DNA of 63,427 nucleotides, the filler included, from Octopus bimaculoides (taxonomy: Eukaryota): assembly GCF_001194135.2 (NCBI RefSeq). It is 6 parts of 5 records of this genome, joined end to end, with 100 filler letters (N's around TTAATTAATTAA, not from the genome) between each part and the next. Parts side by side here need not be neighbours in the genome. Positions count along the whole stretch, not along the records: positions 22,077 to 40,272 come from NC_068981.1; positions 40,373 to 48,385 come from NC_068989.1; positions 48,486 to 62,007 come from NC_068988.1; 3 more parts are not named here. The stretch is one strand, 5' to 3'. A program made the translations under genes and the position numbers. Each line of letters starts with the position of its first letter. Within the stretch, counting starts at the first letter, position 1. The notes beneath the pieces were generated by a model. It searched no databases. It had not been told where the DNA came from and saw only the letters and a program-made list of their open reading frames with translations. Shown here piece after piece: positions 36,919-50,695 of this stretch.

Positions 36919-38335
36919 ACTTCCCCTCCCCCTTCTCTCTCTCTCTCTCTCTCACAAACTTTCCAGCTATTTCCTTCTCTCCATTTCTTTCACTCTCTGT
37001 TGCGATTGAAAGTTTATTGTCAATCTTTATACGATGTCTACAATAACGATTTAATACAGAAAATAAAGTCACAAGGAACGACTCCTCACAATCATTCTTC
37101 GATGCTCCATATTATGTCGCTTTTATCGAAGGACTGTCTGTTTCAGCAGACGACACATTCAGTGCATAACATGGCCGCCATCGAGCCGACCATCTGAACG
37201 CACAAATGACAGATTTATTAGCGAGTATATATATGTATATGTATATGTGTATGTGCATGTGTGTGGTGTGTTGTGTGTCTGGCTGTGTGTAATAAACTGG
37301 TTACCCAGCCACAACACACTGGCGCGCTTCTAGAGCATACATACGACTGCCTATGTAATCAGTCTTTTCGTCGCTATTTATACGAGTTTTCCTCCGTTTA
37401 TGACGACTGGCAACGAAATCTTTTAAGATGGCAATCAGCAAACCATCTTTCTCGTCGTATTTTACTGACTCTGTAATCATACGCATGTATGTGTGTGTAT
37501 GTGTGTTTATGTATGTATGTATGTATGTATGTATGTATGTATGTGTGTATTTGTGTTTATATGCGTCTGATCGTCTGAATGTGTATAAACACTCTTATAC
37601 GTATACATACATAAATATATACACAAGCACAGATACAAACTTATATGCGTGCATATATACATAGATATATACATACATATAAACACACACACATACATAC
37701 ACACACGCATATCATATACATATATACATGAATTTATTTTTGTATGTATATGCATGTGTGCTTGTAAGCATGTATGTATATATGTATGTTATTCTTCATA
37801 GTTAGTTCCTTATGGCTTGTGAGTGCTGCGTAAAAGTTGCGATGTTAAATATACATCTATTGTCCAGGGGATAATTGAAAAATTGTTATGTTCATTGATC
37901 AAAGATATTTTGTTACAACTTGGCTCTTTCTTTGACAATTTGCCAAATGGAATGTCTTCGATATTCTGGAGCCAAATAATTGGCAGTAAAATGTTCCTAA
38001 ACTAGAGCGGAGATGGTGGGGTGGGAGTGAAGACCAGTGAAACACTGGGTATTGTTTTCAGCATAAGTTACAGTCAAACAAGTTGATTTCTTTTGACGAG
38101 ACACAAAGATAACATTAAGAAGAGTGGTTAGGTGAGGATAGACACAAGTATTTTACTGTTGTAATTTTATCGATCTCGAGTAAGTGAAAATCAAACCGCT
38201 ATTTTCTTCGCTATTTGTATACATCACACAGCACGGGAAATCGAAATGCTGTCTAGAGTTTATATGAGAGCTCTTCATCGCTTCCTAACTTTCTACATAG
38301 TCCATTTCAAGTTTATTTTTATTAAAGTTATTTGC

Positions 38336-38688
<353 letters not shown>

Positions 38689-39203
38689 TATACGTACATA
38701 TATATAAAATCAAAATAAGCAAGAAGAATATCCAGAGGTAATGCAGAATATTTTCTGCAAGGTATATGCAGTGAATTTGCCATTTCCAATTAAAATGTTT
38801 CGCAAAAATATTTTAATTAATCTAAAGTTTGTTTATTACAGTTATTTGCATAAGTATGGCTGTGTAGTTACGAAGCTTCCTTAGCAGCCACCAGGATTTC
38901 GGCATCAGACCCACGTCACTGTACTCGGGCAAGTATCGTTTATTATAGTCCCACGACGACGCGTAACTTGGGAATGAATTTGTTAGAGGGGAAACTATGA
39001 GGAATCCTGCCGTATATCCTTTATCTTTTACTTATTTCTGTCATTAGACAGCAGACATGCTGGGGGCAACGCTTTGAAGTATTTTTAGTCGAATAAATCG
39101 ACCCCAGGACTTCGCGTATTTACGTTAAGTTATTGGGACAAAAACACGGCAACACCGGTTACCAGTCGGTGGGAGGGGACAAACACAGACACAAAGAGAG
39201 AGC

Positions 39204-39247
<44 letters not shown>

Positions 39248-39599
39248 GACACACACACATTCACACACACATACACACATACACAAAGACGCACACACAT
39301 ACATACACAAAGACACACACACACATACATACATACACACAAAAACTCACACACATTCACACACACACACGCGTGTAAACACGCGTTTTAAGCTCGTTTA
39401 CGTAAAAATATACAATCACAAATTGACACAGACCAAAACACACATGACCATAAACATACACGCACACAAAGATACACACTGGTACACGATATACGCATAC
39501 ATGTATAAACTTAACCACACACATAAGCAAACATAAATATACACAAGCACACTCACATTTACACCACAGACATAAGACTTACACAAAAAGAAATATTTA

Positions 39600-39850
39600 A
39601 TAACTGGTTCTCCGTCGGTCACGACGATGAATGCTCCAGTCGTTCATTTGTCCCTTTGACGAAATCTCTCAGAGTGACACAGAGAATAACAAAGCTGGCC
39701 CCTTTGAATTACAGGAACAACTCATTTTTGCCAGCTGAGTGGACTGGAGCAATGTGAAATAAAGTGTCTTGCTCAAAGACACAACGCACTGACGGGAATC
39801 GAACTCATGACCTCGCGATCGTGAGACAAACGCTCTTACCACCAAAGCAC
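39600..39850 (-). mobile_element. SINE family C with 3' tail
   Basis: On the minus strand: gagttcgattcccg, ttgtgtctttgagcaagacactttatttcacattgctccagtccactcagctggc, and the tail ..cgtcgtgaccgacggagaacc. Confidence 0.7.
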
Positions 39851-39918
39851 GGATCTTCAGATCAGAAATATACACCATAAACAACGAACAAACATCTACA
39901 CGAGCGCACTCAGATATA

Positions 39919-39953
<35 letters not shown>

Positions 39954-40226
39954 GAAACTCACACACACACACATACAACTGTCGTCGAAGAATTCCTCGC
40001 AATCCAATAATGTTTACCTGGAAATGATTTCCTGGGCTTCATAAGCAAGACTGATTACCTGTAATACGAACTACTGACCTTTTGCTTAGTAGACCAACGC
40101 ACTATCTACACAGCCAGCTGCCGCATTTTATTCGTTCGTTCGTTCGTTCGTTCGTTCGTTCGTTCCTACCTTTTCTTTCTCCCCCCTTTTTGCTTTCTTG
40201 TTTTATTTTTTTGTTTTTCCTTCTTC

Positions 40227-40272
<46 letters not shown>

Positions 40273-40644
40273 NNNNNNNNNNNNNNNNNNNNNNNNNNNN
40301 NNNNNNNNNNNNNNNNTTAATTAATTAANNNNNNNNNNNNNNNNNNNNNNNNNNNNNNNNNNNNNNNNNNNNGTGTGTGTCAAGCAAAGGAGAGAGGAAG
40401 TGAGAGAGAAAGAGTGAGAGGGAGTGGCTGATAGGTATTTGAATTCCTTTCTATGACTGAACTGAAATTGACCCCTGGCTATTAAAGGCCCAACTACACA
40501 CACACACACACACACACATTTGTTTTGGGTCTTCAACCCATTTGAATTCGGCCATAAACCAGATAGCATGTTAAATCTTATGTTCTGAAAATTAAATTTT
40601 GAATTTGTTTTAATTATAAAATTACACCTCAGCTAAAAAACATC

Positions 40645-41180
40645 TTTTGGCTGTCGAATACAAACTTTTCTTTCTATTTCTATATTTTTGTTAAGTTACA
40701 ATTTCTCTGTTTTGGTCAAGATTTTTCCAATTTCATTTTTCCTGTATCAAGTAATGAATGAAAGCATTAAAAAAAATTAAATTCATAGAGCCGAATAAAA
40801 TCAAAAATATTAATTCTATTTTTTCTCTTTCTTTAATACTAACAAGAGCATAGTATGAGAGATTTGGCTGATATTTCTAGCAAACTGAACAACCACACAG
40901 AGTTGTTCAATTGGCTCATTTGTTTATATGTATAAGTAAACAAAAACTAAAACACACACACACACACACATGAATGTATGTGTGTGTGTGATAATAAGTG
41001 TCGCGTGGTGGAAATAAACGCAACTTTTTCTTTCTATGCTTTTTGATAAGTTAGAATTTCTCTGTTTTGGTCAGGATTTTCCCAATTTCTTTATTCTTGT
41101 ATCAAGCAACTGACGAAAGCATTAAAAAAAAATTAAATTCATAGAGCCGAAGAAAATCAAAAATATTAATTCTATTTTTT
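40645..41180. repeat. Imperfect ~170-bp direct repeat (40645-40828 and 41021-41180)
   Basis: Both copies share aatttctctgttttggtca..gaaagcattaaaaaaaattaaattcatagagccgaa..aaaatcaaaaatattaattctattttttc. Confidence 0.8.
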
Positions 41181-41403
41181 CATTTTACTTTTTACCTTCC
41201 TATAGTATAATTAATTACCGTATCCTATATACTGTGTCCTTGCATATTAGGTGAGTATTTCAGAAATATTTTCACCTTTTAAACAAAAACTGTCTAATAC
41301 ATTCATATATGTTTTTCAATTGAAACACTCTGGATCATTTTGGAGATTTATTGTTTTAATAACAAGTTGTAAAATATGGTTAATCGCATTAGGGACGTAG
41401 TGT

Positions 41404-41675
41404 AGAAGGAAAGAAAGGTTGCGCAAGGAACAGCGGGTGGAAATAAGGAATCAAAATCGTACAAGGATGAGACAGAGAAGAAATGAAATAAGCCAAGAGG
41501 AGAGGGAGCATATCATACGGCATAGAAGGAAAAGAAATCAGCAAAGGATTGAATGAATGAGCCAGGACCAAAGAAAAGTGTATTTTGAAAATAAGAGAGA
41601 CAGAGGTCAACAGAATTGATAACACAGGAGTCAAGAGCAAAGGCAGCTGTACTTAAAATATGTGAAACAGAGCTG
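41404..41675 (+). pseudogene. Four 23-aa R/E/Q-rich repeats (STPR-like), decayed; possible Helitron N-terminal relic
   Basis: In one frame, repeat starts fall at 41422, 41491, 41560 and 41629 (exactly 69 nt apart): RKEQRVEIRNQNRTRMRQRRNEI / SQEEREHIIRHRRKRNQQRIE*M / SQDQRKVYFENKRDRGQQN**HR / SQEQRQLYLKYVKQ. Confidence 0.55.
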
Positions 41676-41735
41676 GATCTCTCTTGGTATACCAGCAAAC
41701 CACAAAATTGTACCAGCCAGCATCACCACCATTCT

Positions 41736-41776
<41 letters not shown>

Positions 41777-42083
41777 ATACAGAAATAAATTTATTTCTCA
41801 AACGCGTGATAATGCTATAAATAGCGTGATCAGGATAAATTATCCATATAATGCAGAAAAATANNNNNNNNNNNNNNNNNNNNNNNNNNNNNNNNNNNNN
41901 NNNNNNNNNNNNNNNNNNNNNNNNNNNNNNNNNNNNNNNNNNNNNNNNNNNNNNNNNNNNNNNNNNNNNNNNNNNNNNNNNNNNNNNNNNNNNNNNNNNN
42001 NNNNNNNNNNNNNNNNNNNNNNNNNNNNNNNNNNNNNNNNNNNNNNNNNNNNNNNNNNNNNNNNNNNNNNNNNNNNNNNNNNN

Positions 42084-42121
<38 letters not shown>

Positions 42122-42230
42122 ATACAGAAATAAATTTATTTCTCAAACGCGTGATAATGCTATAAATAGCGTGATCAGGATAAATTATCCATATAATGCA
42201 GAAAAATAAGTTGATGGCCAGCCATGAGAC

Positions 42231-42276
<46 letters not shown>

Positions 42277-42971
42277 GGGATAAAAATCCAAATTTACAAG
42301 TAAAAACTCAATTAAATTTGATTTATTAAAAATTAAAATTAAATTAAGTTTCACAGTATAAAATATATAAATATATAGTTTTAGAGAAAAGAACCAAAGT
42401 TCATGAGCTTATCCATGAAAATCCACAGTCACATCTAGAAAATGAGAAAGTGGAGAGGATACAAAATCAACAGACATCAGTCAATAAATAGGTGATTGAG
42501 TAAACGAGTACCTACACACCCATTCGGTTTTACTGACAATCTGTTCATTTACTCGTTTACTCATTTGCTCATTTACTCAATTAATCATCTGTTCCTATAT
42601 GATTATATGCTTCCACAACCTTGTTTTTTCAATTACCAACTCTTTCTATTTGATAATCTGAACTACTAACACATGTGTATGTATTCATCTAATACATTGG
42701 AATAAATAGACATACTGGAATGTTTACTGGCTGATATCTGTCAATTTTGTATCATCTCCACTTTCTTATTTGCCATATAAATAAAGGGTAAACTACTTTC
42801 TACCCCTGCCCATACATAACACTCAATTGCAAGATTGTCACACAATGACTAGCACTTGGGTATGAATATCTGGGTACACTACCAGCAGTATATTGGATAG
42901 GTACTATCCCTTAGTTGGTTTCTCAACATCTAACTCACACAGAAATATATGGATATATATATATATATATA

Positions 42972-45900
42972 TCATCACCATCATCATCATCATCATCGTT
43001 TAACGTCTGCTTTCCATGCTAGCATGGGTTGGACGATTTGACTGAGAACTGATGGACCAGGTGGCTACACCAGGCTCCAATCTGATTTGGCAGAGTTTCT
43101 ACAGCTGGATGCCCTTCCTAACGCCAACCACTCTGAGAGTGTAGTGGGTGCTTTTATGTGCCACCGGCATGAAGGCCAGTCAGGCAGTACTGGCAATGAT
43201 CACGCTCAGACGGTGCTCTTAGTGNNNNNNNNNNNNNNNNNNNNNNNNNNNNNNNNNNNNNNNNNNNNNNNNNNNNNNNNNNNNNNNNNNNNNNNNNNNN
43301 NNNNNNNNNNNNNNNNNNNNNNNNNNNNNNNNNNNNNNNNNNNNNNNNNNNNNNNNNNNNNNNNNNNNNNNNNNNNNNNNNNNNNNNNNNNNNNNNNNNN
43401 NNNNNNNNNNNNNNNNNNNNNNNNNNNNNNNNNNNNNNNNNNNNNNNNNNNNNNNNNNNNNNNNNNNNNNNNNNNNNNNNNNNNNNNNNNNNNNNNNNNN
43501 NNNNNNNNNNNNNNNNNNNNNNNNNNNNNNNNNNNNNNNNNNNNNNNNNNNNNNNNNNNNNNTTAGGTTCAACTTTTCTCTCAAGGTACATACACTCTGT
43601 CGAGTATGCACACTGACATTACACATCCATCGGAGCATACTGGCTTCATTCCTTGCGAGCTTACGCACGTCTTCAGCAGTCACGGCCCATGTTTCACTGC
43701 CATGTAGCATGGCTGTTCGTACACATGCGTCATACAGTCTGTCTTTTACTCTAAGCGAGAGGCCCTTTGTCACCAGTAGAGGTAAGAGCTCTCTGAACTT
43801 TGCCCAGGCTATTCTTATTCTAGCAGCTACACTTTCAGCACATCCTCCCCCATTATTAACTTGGTCACCCAGATAGCGGAAGCTATCAACTACTTGTAGT
43901 TTTCTCCCTGGAATATGACAGAAGTTGTTTTCTGCAAATTTTCAGTGTTTATTGCACCTGAACATCTGCCACATACAAAAACTAACTTCCTAGTTAACCT
44001 GCCTTTGATATTGCTGCACCTCTTATGTGTCCATAGCTTGCACTGGGTACATCTTATAGAGTTTCTACATATACCTTTTCTACAGATCGAGCAGGGCCAT
44101 CTACCTGAAGGCAATTAGTGCAAGGTCATCAGTATAGAGGAACTCCCAGGGGCATCCTGTCTTGAATTCCTCTGTTATCGCCTGGAAGACTATGATAAAT
44201 AGGAGGGGGCTGAGGACTGAACCTTGGTGGACCCCTACCTCTACCCGGAATTCTTCACTGTACTTATTGCCAACCCTCACCTTACTGACAGCGTCCCTGT
44301 ACATGGCTTGCACAGCTCTCACTAACCACTCATCTATCCTCAGTTTCCTCATTGACCACCAGATAAGGGAGTGGGGGACCCTGTCAAAGGCTTTCTCCAT
44401 GTCAACGAAAGCCAGGTACAGAGGTTTATATTTGGCTAGGTATTTCTCGTGCAGCTGTCTTACCAGAAATAGAGCATCAGTGGTGCTTTTTCCTGGAATG
44501 AACCCAAACTGCATCTCATCTAAACTGACTCTCTCCCTAATTAGTTGGGCTATGACCCTCTCTGTGACCTTCATTACCTGGTCCAACAACTTGATACCTC
44601 TGTAGTTGTTTGTGTCTAGGGCGTCACCTTTCCCTTTGTAGCAGTTGACTATGGTGCTGCTACACCATTCATTGGGTATGACTCCTTCGTGTATCACCTG
44701 ATTGACTATATGGGTCATTAGGCAATAGCCGACACTGCCAGATATTTTGAGCATCGCTGCAGTGATTCCTGATGGGCTGGGGGCTTTTCCTGCCTTCATA
44801 CTCTTGATCGCTTTATCTACTAAGGTACTCTCAATTAGGATAGCTGGTCCCTGTGTTGGGTCAACATGCGACAGACTCTCTTCCTCCCATTCATTCTCTT
44901 TATTTAGCAGCCTTTCATAGTGGCGTCTCCAGACCTTTCTCTTTGCTGCCTCGTTTAGTGCAAGTGAGCCATCATCCAAGTGGACACATTTCTCACCAAC
45001 GACATCCCGATTCTCTTTAACACACTGTCTTGCAACACGAAATACTTCAAGTCTTTGGTCCTCATGGCGCAGAACATTGGCAATTTTTTTCTTATCTGCT
45101 TCCCCTCTGGCTAAGTAAACCTGTCTCCTAGCTTCCCTTCTAGCAATCCTTCCAAGCCTGTTTCTTTTGTCTAATCGCCCTGTCAACCACATTGTTCCAC
45201 CACCACATTACTTCGGGTCGAGAGGGGACTTTACACCAGCCACAGATCTGGTTGGTGGTTCTCAGCAGGTTGTCCCGTAGAAACCTCCAATTGTCTTCCA
45301 TGTTGTATGATGCTATATCCCCTTCTATTTCATCAAATGCTTTGAGTAATATGTCTCTAAATCTCTGTCCATTTTGAGGATCTTTAAGCTTCCAAACCCT
45401 TCTCCTCCAAGCCGGTCTACTTCTGGGCATCCATTTTGCCTTGTTCCTGAAGTCGCTAACTACTAATCTGTGTTGAGGGGTACATTCTTCACCAGGGAAG
45501 GTTTTGGCATTTATAAGCCGCCCTCTATCCTTATTTCTGGCGAGGATGTAGTCTATTTGGCAGGTGACTAGGTGACAGGCAGGTTTCCTGAAGTTGGTAT
45601 TGCAAACCATAAGATCGTTTGCATCACGGAACTCCAGCAATCTGGTTCCCTCCTTATTACAGGAACCGAAGCCATAGCCTCCATGTATGCCATGGAAGCC
45701 CCCTGCATGACGTCCAACATGACCATTGAAATCACCAGCCACAAAGAGAAGGTCCCTATCATTCGTCAATGAGGTAGTTTGCAAGAGGGTGTCATAGAAT
45801 TGGTCTTTCTGCCCATCCGGCAGTCCCAATTGTGGGTCATAGGCCGAGATGACAGTAGCTGACCTATGATGAAGCACTAGTCTAATCTTAAGTACTCTGT

Positions 45901-46252
45901 CACATACTCTGACTACCTCGGTTACCTTATCAACCCATTTCTCTGCTATAAGTATTCCCACGCCCCCAAACCCATCAGTGTTCCTTTCCCAGAAAATCTT
46001 GTACCTGTGTTCTTTGCCTGTGAGGAACCTCGCGGAACCTCCTCTCCATCTTACTTCTTGGATGCAGCACAAATCTACGCGTCTCCGTTCAAGCATCTCA
46101 ACAATCTCACCAGACCTACCTTTCAGTGTGCCAACATTGAGAGTGCCAACACTGAAAGTGTGGGAGGTATGGGCTTGTGTGACCCTGGGATGGGGGAAAG
46201 TAGTGTCCTGTACCCGAAAAGAAAGCTTGCATTTGGCAGAATTCATAAACAA
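42972..46252 (-). mobile_element. RTE-clade LINE, near full length, decayed (APE endonuclease + RT + PHD-type insert + 3' UTR with (GAT)n tail)
   Basis: APE motifs GTLNVGTL, IQEVRW, SAY.PQ, AGDFNGHVG, IDYIL, QHRLVV. RT motifs YKGKGD..NYRGIKLL, QFGF.PG, FVDMEKAFD, GVHQGSVLSP, LYTDDLALI. Then FRYLG and LYDACVRTAMLHGSETW. There is a frameshift near 45150-45190, a deletion near 44110, and a gap at 43225-43562. Confidence 0.92.
43962..44093 (-). other. C4HC3 (PHD-type) zinc finger inside the RTE RT region
   Basis: CSIC-x-CTQC-x4-H-x2-C-x14-CGRC, located between the YxDD motif and the FRYLG motif. Confidence 0.75.
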
Positions 46253-46989
46253 AACAATACCTACAACCTGAATATACTACCCAATATTTATGCGCTATNN
46301 NNNNNNNNNNNNNNNNNNNNNNNNNNNNNNNNNNNNNNNNNNNNNNNNNNNNNNNNNNNNNNNNNNNNNNNNNNNNNNNNNNNNNNNNNNNNNNNNNNNN
46401 NNNNNNNNNNNNNNNNNNNNNNNNNNNNNNNNNNNNNNNNNNNNNNNNNNNNNNNNNNNNNNNNNNNNNNNNNNNNNNNNNNNNNNNNNNNNNNNNNNNN
46501 NNNNNNNNNNNNNNNNNNNNNNNNNNNNNNNNNNNNNNNNNNNNNNNNNNNNNNNNNNNNNNNNNNNNNNNNNNNNNNNNNNNNNNNNNNNNNNNNNNNN
46601 NNNNNNNNNNNNNNNNNNNNNNNNNNNNNNNNNNNNNNNNTATGGGTGTGCTTGTTTGTCTCTTCTCCCCATTGAAATCCCCCTCCCTCACTGGTGGTAT
46701 CCTTTACCATAACTGCAATTTCCTCTCCTTCTCTTTCTCCCCCATGACAAATGCAACTAGTTTAGCTACCCACCTTCTTAATTTAATATTGATATTGATA
46801 TTCTCCTTTATCTATCTTTATTGATTTACTTACTTATATCTGCAACACCAGTAATGCTTAAATTTACGTTTTTACGATGTCCCTAATGCTTATACTCACA
46901 ACGCCACTAATACCTACTCTTATCCCCAGAAAGGGTAACAATCTTAACACGCTTGAACGTTTGAATGATGAAAGCGAGACCAGGCGTAG

Positions 46990-48385
46990 CATGTCTGTCA
47001 AAAGAAACATGGAAACCTTCTTCTTTTCAGGCACTGAATAACATCTCCTCCTACCTCCGCCCACATTCCTTTCCCAGTTTTTAGAGTTGGCACTGTCAAT
47101 GTAGGCACACTGAAAGGTAGGTCTAGTGAGATTGTAGAGATACTTGAATGAAGCGTGTTGATATATGCTGCATACAAGAGGTAATATGGAGAGGAGCTTT
47201 AGCCAGGGTCCTCACAGGCAAGGCACATAGATATAAAATCTTTTGGGAAGATAACAGTGATGAAGTAAGGGGTGTAGGCATACTCCTTGCGGAGAAATGG
47301 GTGGATAAAGTCATAGAGGTAGTCAGGGTATGCGATAGAGTGCTTAAGCTTAGGCTAGTCCTACAGAATAGTATAGCTACAAATATCTCTGCCTATGCCC
47401 CACAAACGATCAGAAGGACCACTTTTATGATACCCTTCTACAGGCTACCTCAAAGACGAGTGGCGATGATCTCATCTTTGCAGCTGGAGACTTGAATGGC
47501 CATGTCAGATGGCAATCCGGTATCTTCCATGGTGTTCACGGGGGCCATCGAATTGATTCCTGAAATGAAGAGGGAACCGGACTACTGGTGTTCTGTGATG
47601 CATGCAACCTATTAATCTGCAACACTAACTTCAGGAAGCTAGACAGCCACCTGATAACCTATTATCAATCAGGTAACTCTGCTAGCCAGATTGATTTCAT
47701 CCTCACCAGACAGTGGGATGCAAGGTTGCTCTTAAATACAAAGACACTCCCAGGTGAAGAATGTACTCCCCAGCATAGACTAGTTATTAATGACTTTAGA
47801 CTCAAAGCCAGAGAGATGCCAAGAAGCAGACCAATCCAGATTAGAAGGATTTGGAAGCTAAAGAACCCTTCATGTGGCCAGAGATTTAGGGACATCCTCA
47901 CAGAGAAATTTGATGAGAGTGAGGAGAAGCTACAGACTTCGGGTATAGAGGGTAACTGGAAATTCCTATGGGACAGCTTACTGAGCGCCACAGACCAAAT
48001 CTGCAGCTGGTGCAAAGTCTCTTCCAGACTTAGAGTAATGTGGTAGTGGAATAATACAATAGACAAGGCCATTAGAATAAAGAAACAGGCCTGGAAAGCC
48101 AGGAAGAGTGGAAGTAGCTGGGAACTGTACCAGATGGCCAAATGGAGGCTGGGCAACAGGTGAGGGAGGCTTATAAATGCCAAAACCCTCCCTGGCGAAG
48201 AATGTACACCCCAACACAGATTAGTAGTTAGCGACTTCGAGATCAAGGCAATATGGGTGCCCAGAAGTAGACCGGCCTGGGGGAGAAGGGTATGGAAACT
48301 TAAAGACCCTGCAAATGGACAGAGATTTAGAGACAAGTTACTTGAAGCATTTGACGAAATAGAAGGGGATATAGCATCATACAAC
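46990..48385 (+). mobile_element. Second RTE copy (older subfamily APE region) fused at about 48163 to a fragment of the younger subfamily
   Basis: 47050-48160 is a stop-riddled APE region (VGTVNVGTLKGRS, ICCIQEV, SAYAPQ, QIDFIL, PQHRLV). At 48163 the sequence restarts at ggcttataaatgccaaaacc and closely matches 45300-45530 (minus). Confidence 0.85.
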
Positions 48386-48843
48386 NNNNNNNNNNNNNNN
48401 NNNNNNNNNNNNNNNNNNNNNNNNNNNNNTTAATTAATTAANNNNNNNNNNNNNNNNNNNNNNNNNNNNNNNNNNNNNNNNNNNNATATATATATATATA
48501 TATATATATTCATATACATACATATATGTGTGTGTGTCTAGATAGATAGATACATACATACATACATACATACATACATACATACATAGATTAATACTGA
48601 ACACAATGGATATTCGTGCGTCATAAAACAGAGGGAAAATAAGATATTGTAAAAATTCAGATTTGTGGGTAATAGACTTAGAAAAATCAATTCATTGATT
48701 AGTTAATTGGGAACAACAGTTAGTGTGAGTTATTTTATTGGTAGATTGGCCTTCATAAAAAAAACAACCCAATTCACACACATGCATATATATATATGGC
48801 CAAGACACTGACACGCGCGCGCAGACGTAAGCAAATACACACT

Positions 48844-48890
<47 letters not shown>

Positions 48891-50002
48891 GTATATACAT
48901 ATATATGTATGTGTGTGTATATATACACTTTTACACTTTTACTTGTTTCAGTCTTTTGACTGCGGCCATGCTGGAGCACCGCCTTTAGTCGAAGAAATCG
49001 ACCCCAGGACTTATTCTTTGGAAGCCTAGTACTTATTCTATCGGTCTCTTTTGCCGAACCACTAAGTTACGGGGACATAAACACACCAGCATCGGTTGTC
49101 AAGCGATGTTGGGGGGACAAACACAGACATACAAACACACACACACACATACACATATATATACACATATANNNNNNNNNNNNNNNNNNNNNNNNNNNNN
49201 NNNNNNNNNNNNNNNNNNNNNNNNNNNNNNNNNNNNNNNNNNNNNNNNNNNNNNNNNNNNNNNNNNNNNNNNNNNNNNNNNNNNNNNNNNNNNNNNNNNN
49301 NNNNNNNNNNNNNNNNNNNNNNNNNNNNNNNNNNNNNNNNNNNNNNNNNNNNNNNNNNNNNNNNNNNNNNNNNNNNNNNNNNNNNNNNNNNNNNNNNNNN
49401 NNNNNNNNNNNNNNNNNNNNNNNNNNNNNNNNNNNNNNNNNNNNNNNNNNNNNNNNNNNNNNNNNNNNNNNNNNNNNNNNNNNNNNNNNNNNNNNNNNNN
49501 NNNNNNNNNNNNNNNNNNNNNNNNNNNNNNNNNNNNNNNNNNNNNNNNNNNNNNNNNNNNNNNNNNNNNNNNNNNNNNNNNNNNNNNNNNNNNNNNNNNN
49601 NNNNNNNNNNNNNNNNNNNNNNNNNNNNNNNNNNNNNNNNNNNNNNNNNNNNNNNNNNNNNNNNNNNNNNNNNNNNNNNNNNNNNNNNNNNNNNNNNNNN
49701 NNNNNNNNNNNNNNNNNNNNNNNNNNNNNNNNNNNNNNNNNNNNNNNNNNNNNNNNNNNNNNNNNNNNNNNNNNNNNNNNNNNNNNNNNNNNNNNNNNNN
49801 NNNNNNNNNNNNNNNNNNNNNNNNNNNNNNNNNNNNNNNNNNNNNNNNNNNNNNNNNNNNNNNNNNNNNNNNNNNNNNNNNNNNNNNNNNNNNNNNNNNN
49901 NNNNNNNNNNNNNNNNNNNNNNNNNNNNNNNNNNNNNNNNNNNNNNNNNNNNNNNNNNNNNNNNNNNNNNNNNNNNNNNNNNNNNNNNNNNNNNNNNNNN
50001 NN

Positions 50003-50042
<40 letters not shown>

Positions 50043-50394
50043 TGATAGGTAGGGAAAATGGAGACAGGTTATGAAGCAGAAAGGTCAGGAACTACTTAGA
50101 TGCACGGGAAGAGATTAGTTGCCTTCAATGATTGGCACTTTATTTTAACGAGGAGAAGGTCAGTGAAATAAAGTTGACCTCTGTAGGATTTGAACTCAGA
50201 ACATAAAGACTCGGGGAAAATACTGCAAAGCATTTATTCCAACACTCCAACGATTCTGCAAGCTCACCGCCGTAGATAGGAAATAATGAAAGACAGAAAT
50301 TAACTTCGTCGTTTTCTACGAGTAGAACTCAATGTGCGCGTGTGCGTGTGCGTGTGTGTGTGCATGCGCGCGTTCTGTTATTGTTCTATTCTGT

Positions 50395-50620
50395 TATTGT
50401 TCTATTTCACTTGGAACATCATAATGACGTCATCGAAGGTGTTGTTGTTTTTGTGGTGTTTACTTTCGCACTCTGTTAATCTCTCGGCAAAATCATTGGT
50501 GGTTGATATGAACTGAAAGAGTACTTAAAAGTATGTACTCCCGCAGCTAAGGTCTCTTCAAAGAAAGTCCAGTGTTTTGATGTGGTAATAGGTCACCGGT
50601 GCTTCAGCTATGACGTCTTG
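50395..50620 (+). pseudogene. Copy 1 of a triplicated decayed coding segment (signal-peptide-like start)
   Basis: ATG at 50424 gives MTSSKVLLFLWCLLSHSVNLSAKS. Homologous to 51850-52130 and 55615-55980. Confidence 0.4.
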
Positions 50621-50655
50621 TTTACAGAATTAAACCCCGTCACAGATAATATCTA

Positions 50656-50695
<40 letters not shown>

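Noticed and set aside
41771-42208. Exact 93-bp direct repeat either side of a gap
   Set aside because: Overlapping contig ends flanking an N gap; probably an assembly artefact.
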